Source: Calditrichia bacterium
Lineage (GTDB): Bacteria > Calditrichota > Calditrichia > JAJRVZ01
Assembly (NCBI GenBank): GCA_963796965.1
Contig: CAWCNS010000002.1
Span: 128,001 to 192,000, forward strand
Direction: 5' to 3'
DNA: 64,000 bases
Below the pieces are notes generated by a model that made no database searches, was not told the DNA's origin, and saw only the letters and a program-made list of their open reading frames with translations. Shown piece after piece: positions 56,613 through 64,000 of the stretch (position 1 is its first letter; each line of letters opens with the position of its first letter). A program made the position numbers and the translations under genes.

Positions 56613-57131
56613 TCTAACTCAAAAGTGAGATAATAGAATAAATTGGAAATTATTTACTGTAGATATCTGAGTGAAATAGATTTTAGAGGATAAATATTTC
56701 AATCGCAAATAATGTCACAATAATTAAAACAACAAAATTGTGATTTGTCTCGCATTTCGAAAAAAGTATTATCAATATTTTTATACTAAAAGAGATTATG
56801 GGTTAAAATAGAGTGACAAATTTCAGGTATTTATCAGCTTGTTTGCATATTAGGATTATAAAAAATATATTCAATCCTGTGTCATGGATATATTTTAGAA
56901 AAATCTTTATGAGTAGAGACAAAAGTTTTATTCATACGATCATATTTTGTTTTACGAAGTTCAAATAATATTGAAGAATTAAAACCCCATCATCTCACCT
57001 TTGTTAGTTAGGAGGGGAACATAGGCGTAGGTGGTTTATAAGCAGTCTCTTACTGCATGATACGTATTTTTTTTTATTTGTCTCAATACCCCAGGGCCCC
57101 CTTATTTAAAAAACAAGCAAAGAGGATATTA

Positions 57132-58280
57132 ATGGATTTTGAACTCAGCACCGAACAAATTTTATTAAAAAATACTGTCAGAGATTTCGCACTTAAAGAA
57201 ATTGAACCTGTTATAGAAGAATTAGATCACAAAGAAGAATTCTCGGCAGAGCTTACGGCCAAAATGGGCAAACTTGGCCTGTTAGGAATTTGTACATCAC
57301 CCGACTATGGTGGCATGGGGATGGACACTTTATCCTATATAATCGCAGTTGAAGAACTTGCCCGGATCGATGCTTCGCAGGCAGCAACAATTGCCGCCCA
57401 TAATTCTTTAGGTATTGGCCCGATAGAATATTTCGGCAGTGAAGAACAAAAAAAGAAATATTTACCCGAACTTTGCACGGGAACAAAGCTGTGGGGATTT
57501 GGATTAACAGAAGCCAATGCCGGCTCCGATGCAGGTGGTACCCAAACTAAAGCATCGCTTGAAAATGGCCAATGGTGTATAAACGGCAGCAAAATTTTTA
57601 TAACAAACGCCTCCACAGAAATTACCTGGGGATCTACTATTCAGACTATTACAGGAACTCAGGAAAATGGAAACAAAGAATACTCCTGTATATTGGTTGA
57701 AAATAATACCCCGGGTTTTGAGGCAAAAGAGATGAATAAAAAAATGGTTTGGCGATCCTCGAACACCTCAGAACTCTATTTTGATAATGTGAAGGTTCCG
57801 GAGGAAAACCTATTAGGTAAACGTGGTCAAGGATTTCGTCAGATGTTACAGACACTTGACAATGGACGCCTTTCTATCGCCGCCATGGGATTAGGGGGTG
57901 CTCAGGGTGCATTTGATAAGGCATTAAAGTATGCACAGGAAAGAGAACAATTCGGTAAACCGATAATTAAATTTCAGGCGAATGCCTTTAAATTGGCAGA
58001 CATGGCCACTGAGATTGAAGCAGCCCGGGCTCTTCTTTATAGGGCGTGCTGGCTAAAAGATACCGGAAAATCCTTTAGTAAGGAATCAGCAATGGCAAAG
58101 CTATACTGCTCAGAGATGATGGGCCGCGTTGTTAATCAAGCCGTCCAGTTGTTCGGCGGATATGGACTTATGGAGGAATATGGTATTGCTCGTTTTTTCC
58201 GTGATCAGAAATTATTAGATATAGGGGAAGGAACGAGTGAAATACAAAGATTGGTTATATCACGAATAATTGGGGGATAA
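57132..58280 (+). CDS. Acyl-CoA dehydrogenase
   Basis: GLTEANAGSDA, NGSKIFITN, REQFGKPI, GGYG, IGEGTSEIQR; start at MDFEL with AGAGG RBS. Confidence 0.92.
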   Translation: MDFELSTEQILLKNTVRDFALKEIEPVIEELDHKEEFSAELTAKMGKLGLLGICTSPDYGGMGMDTLSYIIAVEELARIDASQAATIAAHNSLGIGPIEYFGSEEQKKKYLPELCTGTKLWGFGLTEANAGSDAGGTQTKASLENGQWCINGSKIFITNASTEITWGSTIQTITGTQENGNKEYSCILVENNTPGFEAKEMNKKMVWRSSNTSELYFDNVKVPEENLLGKRGQGFRQMLQTLDNGRLSIAAMGLGGAQGAFDKALKYAQEREQFGKPIIKFQANAFKLADMATEIEAARALLYRACWLKDTGKSFSKESAMAKLYCSEMMGRVVNQAVQLFGGYGLMEEYGIARFFRDQKLLDIGEGTSEIQRLVISRIIGG

Positions 58281-58283
58281 AAA

Positions 58284-58320
<37 letters not shown>

Positions 58321-58457
58321 TAAAGTTGTGACAAACTGAATCTATTGTCAAATATTATTGGGAGTGTTCCGAAATTTATTGATAATTAAAAAATTTTAAA
58401 GGATTCTGAAAACGAGTAAAGAATATCCAGTATCGAGACTCGAGAATCATTTTTATT

Positions 58458-59895
58458 CTACCCGGCTCCTACCATTTTCTGTGCCAAAATTTGTAGTTTT
58501 TTTCTGTCCGCTTTCAAATCATCATTGACTGGCCATTCAAAAAAACGGATTGGTATTTTTATTACATTAATTTGCTTCCTAAGATTCTGCGTAAGGGCCT
58601 TCTCATCAATACCTTCATTAATTCGCATCTTTAAAAATGCTACCGGACGTCTACCATATTCATTATCAGCGATTGCAACGACACACGCATCTACAATAGC
58701 ATCGCCCATAAGCAATGCATTTTCTATCTCTTCAGGATAAATATTTTCGCCAGCGCTAATAAACATATTATCTTTCCGGCCTAATAAGACCAATTTCCCT
58801 TTTTCATCCATATATCCAAGATCGCCTGTATGATACCAGCCCTCATTATCAATTATCGATCTTAACTTTTTGTTTGCCAAGTATCCCTTGGCGAGGGTTT
58901 TACCCTTGACAAGGATTTCACGTTCATTACTAATCTTTAATTCCCGATAAGGCAAAAGGTGTCCGGAGGTGATGGCATGGTTTAAATTTTTATTTGGTTT
59001 CGTCGTTGTAATTTGTGATGACATTTCCGTTGAACCATAACTTATAAATAGTGGCAGGTTTTTATTTAAAGCCTCATTGATCAGGCTTTGGGAACAGTTG
59101 CTTCCCCCAATCAGAACCGCTTTCAGATGTTTCATCCTATCACCGTCAATACCACTTTTTAATAAACGGTAAAGTTGTGTTGGCACCAGTGAAAGGTGGG
59201 TTATACAATGATTCATTAGCTGATCATAGATCGGTTGATCATTGCTTCCAATTACAATTGTTCCTCCGGCCATAAAGGCGCGAAACAAGATGGCAATACC
59301 CGCCACATGATAAAAAGGAAGCACGATCAACCATTTATCTCCCCGGGCAAAAGTGATATTGGTATTGGAGCCCAATGCACTATAATAATGATTTTCCAGG
59401 GAATGCACGACAGCCTTAGCCTTTACCTGAGCTACCGGAGGTAAATAAAATGGTTGCTCTTTGATCCAAGGATAGATTTAAATCTAATTCATCTTGGTGA
59501 TAAGATCTGGATAGGTTGAAAATATCTGAGAGTGAGATCATTGTCATATCTAATAATGCAGAAGGAATAAATGTTTCATCAAATGAAATTATAAAATCAC
59601 AATTTGCCTGATTCAACAATTGAGTGATTTCCTCATTTGGCAGTCTTTCATTCACGGGAATAACAGTAGATTTCAGCTGCAGCAAGGCAAAGAATAAGAT
59701 AGGAAAACGTTGATCAATATCTACGATAATTCCCACATGGCTACCTTCACTTACCCCCTGCAATCGCAAGGTATTTGCAATACTAAAAATTTGATGAATA
59801 TATTCGTAATAAGAAAGACTCTCTTTTTGCCAAACCAGAGCCGCATTATTGGATTGATAATTTTTAAATTTAAGATCTAATTTAGGATGGTTCAT
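58458..59895 (-). CDS. menE: o-succinylbenzoate-CoA ligase, apparent 1-bp frameshift near 59420
   Basis: FTSGSSGK/AKAVVHS across the break; LPFYHVAG, YGSTE, TGDLG, GRKDNMFISAGENI; inside the men operon. Confidence 0.88.
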
Positions 59896-59935
59896 TATTG
59901 TTCATGGAGTTTATTAATATATTTATTTGAGAGGA

Positions 59936-61069
59936 TTAATCAGAATTAATTTCCGCTTCGTTATCATAAAGTGAAAGCGATCCGGAAAATTCATGTAATT
60001 TGGAATAATCAATATGATCAACCGATATCTGTATATTATGAAGATTAAAGCATCCACCTGTTACTTTTAGTTTGCTTTTAAGTACATCTTCTTTTAAGTA
60101 TCGATAGGTATCAAACCCCATGGGAATCATATATTTACTAGAGGCAGATAATCTAACAAGAAATGATAAACCGATTCCAGAATGAAAGGTGTCGCTAAGG
60201 ACGCATCGAAGATTTAATTCATTGGACGTATTAATAATATCAAGTGAGTCCTGAACAGATCCAATTACGGCCGGTTTTACAACTAAAGTATTGATCCATT
60301 TTTTATTCCATAACTCGGATAGGGGGATGGATTTAATATTCTCATCTAGTGCAATTGGCACACCTGTTTTTTGATATAAATCAGGGAGATCCTGAAAATT
60401 TTTCAATGGCTCCTCAATATACTCTACTTCACAATCTTCAATGGCATTTACAAAATACTCGGCTGTAGGCAGGTCCCAGGCCTGATTGGCATCTAGTCTT
60501 AAGGTTGCCTTTCCTTTTATCAACTTGCATAATGATCTAACCTGGTCCACTTCTTGTTCTGGTGCCTGGTTTCCGACTTTAACTTTTATCGCCTGATAAC
60601 CATCGGCAAGTCCACGCTTAACTGCCTTTAGAATATCAGAGTGGGATCCATCTGCAAGAATGTTTATCAGGGAATAATCGTGTCTCCGGGGTATAAACTC
60701 GTTACGCGTGTCCTTTTTTTCATTGGCCATATACAGATTTAAAAGTCCTGTCTCAACCCCGAATCTTACGGAGGGTAACCATGTACTTTTTGGCATAACT
60801 GTATTTAGAAAACCTGGTATTCCAGAAATGTTTGGGATATGCGCACCAGTGAGTTTTGTCTGAATTATCGAAATTTGTTTTAATGCATCATTTATATTTT
60901 CTGAATGTAATCCCGGGAGGGGAGCGGCCTCTCCAAAACTTAGCTGGTTATTATCAGACATGAATTGAATAATAACTCCTTCCCGAATTGTTAATTGCTG
61001 CTTCTTAATTTTAAGAGATTTTTGAAGGGGTAATTGATAAGTAAAAATACTGATCTGTCTGATTTTCAT
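59936..61069 (-). CDS. menC: o-succinylbenzoate synthase
   Basis: GEAAPLP, KVKVG, LRLDANQAW, IEEP, IALDE; men operon context. Confidence 0.88.
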   Translation of the reverse strand: MKIRQISIFTYQLPLQKSLKIKKQQLTIREGVIIQFMSDNNQLSFGEAAPLPGLHSENINDALKQISIIQTKLTGAHIPNISGIPGFLNTVMPKSTWLPSVRFGVETGLLNLYMANEKKDTRNEFIPRRHDYSLINILADGSHSDILKAVKRGLADGYQAIKVKVGNQAPEQEVDQVRSLCKLIKGKATLRLDANQAWDLPTAEYFVNAIEDCEVEYIEEPLKNFQDLPDLYQKTGVPIALDENIKSIPLSELWNKKWINTLVVKPAVIGSVQDSLDIINTSNELNLRCVLSDTFHSGIGLSFLVRLSASSKYMIPMGFDTYRYLKEDVLKSKLKVTGGCFNLHNIQISVDHIDYSKLHEFSGSLSLYDNEAEINSD

Positions 61070-61944
61070 ACAATCCAACCCAGAGAAAATACCAAACTAT
61101 AAACCAACAGTATTTTTCCGGTGTTTGCCAGGGCATTATTTAATTCTGGGCTAATATCATCAAAAAGAACATTTTTAATAGTTGGAAAGGCGAATAGGAC
61201 GACAAGGATGGCTGAAAGAGAGTATGGATGACTGGGGTTAAGAACCAATAGGATGATTGGCATCGCACATGCGAGAAGGATGGAAATAAGATATTCCGTT
61301 CGGACAAATATGGGACCAAAGCGGACGGCAAGGGTTTTTTTTCCGGCCTTTTTGTCGGTATGAATATCCCGTAAATTATTCACACTGAGGAGAGCTGTAG
61401 AGATTAATCCGGGTGATAATCCGGCCAATAAAACGATTACATTCATATCAAGAGTTTGAAGATAATATGTTCCCCCGACGGCAACCGGTCCAAAGAATAC
61501 AAGGACAAAAATATCTGCCAATCCCTTATAACCCAAAGGGAAAGGTCCTCCGGTATATAAAATCCCAAATAGAATAGACAGGAAGCCTATTATCAAGATT
61601 GGCAATCCACCAATAAAAATCAGAAAGAATCCGGATAAAGCCGAAAGAGAGAAAGCGAGAATAAAAGCCCAACGCATTTCCGAGGGTTTGACCAACCCTG
61701 CCACGGTAGCCCGAACTGGTCCAATTCTTTCAGCTGTGTCAGCACCTTTTTTATAATCATAATAATCATTTGCAAAATTTGTCCCAACCTGAATCATCAT
61801 TGCAGAAAGCAATGTTACAATCGCAATCAAAGGATCCCATTTTCCATCCGCAAAGGCCATTGCCGTACCAATTAAAACAGGTGCTACTGCTGCCCATAAT
61901 GTTTTGGGCCTTGCCGCTTCTACCCAGACTTTAATTCCTCTCAC
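61066..61944 (-). CDS. menA: 1,4-dihydroxy-2-naphthoate prenyltransferase
   Basis: ARPKTL, NFANDYYDYKKGAD, YTGGP, VNNLRD; GTG start at 61944 with AAAGGA RBS. Confidence 0.92.
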   Translation of the reverse strand: MRGIKVWVEAARPKTLWAAVAPVLIGTAMAFADGKWDPLIAIVTLLSAMMIQVGTNFANDYYDYKKGADTAERIGPVRATVAGLVKPSEMRWAFILAFSLSALSGFFLIFIGGLPILIIGFLSILFGILYTGGPFPLGYKGLADIFVLVFFGPVAVGGTYYLQTLDMNVIVLLAGLSPGLISTALLSVNNLRDIHTDKKAGKKTLAVRFGPIFVRTEYLISILLACAMPIILLVLNPSHPYSLSAILVVLFAFPTIKNVLFDDISPELNNALANTGKILLVYSLVFSLGWIV

Positions 61945-62022
61945 GCATATTCCTTTAAACTGAAAAATAATATCTAACCTCCGGTTTTTATATCTCGCAG
62001 AGACGCTCCCGATAAACATGTT

Positions 62023-62052
62023 TCCATCCCGTCGACATATACGGGATGAAAT
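62023..62052. repeat. Intergenic palindrome CATCCCGT-N8-ACGGGATG (REP-like)
   Basis: tttccatcccgtcgacatatacgggatgaaa between menB and menA; its right arm contains the ACGGGAT heptamer. Confidence 0.55.
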
Positions 62053-62264
62053 CGTCCATGATTTCAAAAGACACAAAGATGCAGAGGAAGAACTAACTAT
62101 AATCTAAAAAACTTTTCTACAGAATCCTTGTTCAGCTTATTAGCTATTGGCTGTTATTCTCAGGATCTTTAAACAGTCTATTAAATATAGATAACTTAAA
62201 AAATATTCCATATCAAAAAAGATTTTCCTTTATATCGATGCAATTTAAAACCTAATAATAGGCA

Positions 62265-63086
62265 TCAGGGGCGTTTGGGAAATTTTGAAAAATCGGGTTT
62301 TCGTTTTTCAACAAAAGCATTTCTTCCCTCCTGACCCTCCTCAGTCATATAAAACAACATCGTGGCATTACCGGCAAGCTCCTGCAGGCCAGCCTGACCA
62401 TCGCAATCCGCATTGAGGGCTGCTTTGAGACATCTGATGGCTATAGGAGAGTTCGCCAGAATTTCCTGAGACCAACTTACAGTCTCCTGCTCTAGCATTT
62501 CCAGGGGCACAACCGTATTTACTAATCCCATTTCTAATGCTTGCCAGGCATCATACTGACGGCAAAGATACCATATTTCACGTGCTTTTTTTTGCCCGAC
62601 TATTCTGGCCATATAACTGGCTCCATATCCCCCATCAAAGGAACCGACTTTAGGTCCGGTCTGACCAAACACAGCATTTTCTGCGGCAATAGTCAAATCA
62701 CACATTAGGTGTAGTACATGACCACCTCCAATTGCATATCCCGCGACCATGGCAATAACTGGTTTGGGGCAGGTTCGTATCTGTCGTTGGAAATCCAATA
62801 CATTCAACCGGTGGGTACCTTGATTATCTACATATCCGGCATCGCCGCGTATTTTCTGATCGCCGCCGGAACAGAAGGCCTTTTCTCCCTCACCTGTAAG
62901 TATTATCACCCCAATATTACCATCATTTCTGGCATCTTCCAATGCCTCCATCATTTCCACAACCGTTTGGGGTCGAAAGGCGTTTCGTACCTCTGGTCTG
63001 TTGATAGTTATCTTAGCAATACCTTCAAACTTATGATATTTAATATCATTATAGTTACCTGCCTGTTTCCACTCAACCTGATTCAT
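62265..63086 (-). CDS. menB: 1,4-dihydroxy-2-naphthoyl-CoA synthase
   Basis: [35 protein letters not shown]. Confidence 0.95.
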   Translation of the reverse strand: MNQVEWKQAGNYNDIKYHKFEGIAKITINRPEVRNAFRPQTVVEMMEALEDARNDGNIGVIILTGEGEKAFCSGGDQKIRGDAGYVDNQGTHRLNVLDFQRQIRTCPKPVIAMVAGYAIGGGHVLHLMCDLTIAAENAVFGQTGPKVGSFDGGYGASYMARIVGQKKAREIWYLCRQYDAWQALEMGLVNTVVPLEMLEQETVSWSQEILANSPIAIRCLKAALNADCDGQAGLQELAGNATMLFYMTEEGQEGRNAFVEKRKPDFSKFPKRP

Positions 63087-63915
63087 TAACTTCTCTCCCA
63101 AAATGTCTTAAAAAATCATAAATATATTCCATAAATACAACTGGCTGCTCAAAATGTGAATTATGTCCCGCATTTGGAACGACTTTTAATTCAGTCCGGA
63201 GTAAAGTTTTTTCCATCTGCGTCATAATTGTTGTGAATTTACGATCAAATTCGCCCACCAGCAAAAGTACAGGGATATCAATTTTAGAAAGATCACCCCA
63301 TAAAGAAGGTTGAATTCCGGTTCCCATCATTTTCAGACTGATTGCTAAGTTCCTGGGATCGTTTTCCATTCGTCTGAAAATCAATCCCTCCAGATCAGAA
63401 TTTTCACGCAATGAGTTAAAAATTGGCTGATGATACCATTCCCAGAGAAAAGTGTTGAATTCACTATCCTCAAGTTTTTTTGCCAATTTTTCATCATTTT
63501 TAATGCGCTTTGATCTTTCTTCTTTACTTCGTAAGCCGGGCGAGGAAGACTCCAGAATAAGAGTCTGCCAAATATGAGGATTTTCCACTAAAAGATAGAG
63601 AGCAAGGCGACCACCCATTGAGTAACCAAGTAATGATGATCTCGAAATTTTCATATTACGGAGCCACTGGATTAAAATGGGCGAGAGAATTTCCATTTGG
63701 TAATTATCATCACCACCATGAACGGTTGTCAGACCATGTCCGGGTAAATCCGGAATCAGACAATAATAATTATCGGCCAGATCTTCAGCAATTATTTGCC
63801 AGTCAAGACCAGATCCCATAAATCCATGCAGACAAAGAAGGCAGGGTTTTTCAGGGTTACCTGTTGTATAATAATGTAGGGTATATTTCTGATGGTTCCA
63901 GTAATTACTTTTCAA
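63073..63915 (-). CDS. menH: SHCHC synthase (alpha/beta hydrolase)
   Basis: HGFMG, DLPGHG, GYSMGGR, GHNSH; men operon. Confidence 0.88.
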   Translation of the reverse strand: MKSNYWNHQKYTLHYYTTGNPEKPCLLCLHGFMGSGLDWQIIAEDLADNYYCLIPDLPGHGLTTVHGGDDNYQMEILSPILIQWLRNMKISRSSLLGYSMGGRLALYLLVENPHIWQTLILESSSPGLRSKEERSKRIKNDEKLAKKLEDSEFNTFLWEWYHQPIFNSLRENSDLEGLIFRRMENDPRNLAISLKMMGTGIQPSLWGDLSKIDIPVLLLVGEFDRKFTTIMTQMEKTLLRTELKVVPNAGHNSHFEQPVVFMEYIYDFLRHFGREVNESG

Positions 63916-64000
63916 GAACTGTTTTTACTTTTTTTTGTATTTCCTGATGTGTTAATAAATTCTTTGCTCTATCGGTTTTTATTTCAATCAAAGAAGAACG
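63905..64000 (-). CDS. menD: C-terminus of probable MenD (truncated by the window end)
   Basis: [31 protein letters not shown] resembles MenD C-termini and overlaps the menH start; inferred largely from synteny. Confidence 0.6.
   Translation of the reverse strand, partial: RSSLIEIKTDRAKNLLTHQEIQKKVKTVLEK

Overview
A 64-kb AT-rich bacterial chromosomal segment from a diderm of the FCB group or related (likely Calditrichota-like, inferred from C-terminal 'QNY/FPNPFNP' sorting domains, a TonB-dependent receptor/DUF4249 pair and type III glutamine synthetase). Most of it is housekeeping or metabolic: xdhC/mocA, pfp, mmuM, kgd, purC, copZ/copA, acs, hsp20, asnA-glnA, rmuC, an osmoprotectant ABC transporter and menDHBACE. 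The most notable locus is the minus-strand cluster at 21.4-30.8 kb. It encodes a His-rich inner-membrane protein, a 20-heme and a 25-heme c-type cytochrome, a beta-barrel porin, and a membrane-anchored 2x[Fe-S] + FAD/NADP(H) oxidoreductase. Together these look like a complete cytoplasm-to-surface electron conduit. They are followed by two DUF3179-like lipoproteins; the first has an in-frame UGA that aligns with Cys in the second and is followed by a SECIS-like hairpin, so it is a probable selenoprotein missed by the ORF track. Also present: a diverged 3' duplicate of the DUF3179 gene bracketing a Tat-lipoprotein insertion, a LOV-PP2C photosensor, an unannotated 54-aa membrane protein, two sigma54 promoters with candidate enhancer sites, heptamer repeat tracts that start at stop codons, and about six single-base frameshifts that look like sequencing errors. 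No rRNA, tRNA, CRISPR array, integrase or transposase was recognised. All calls come from reading the sequence; no database searches were run.
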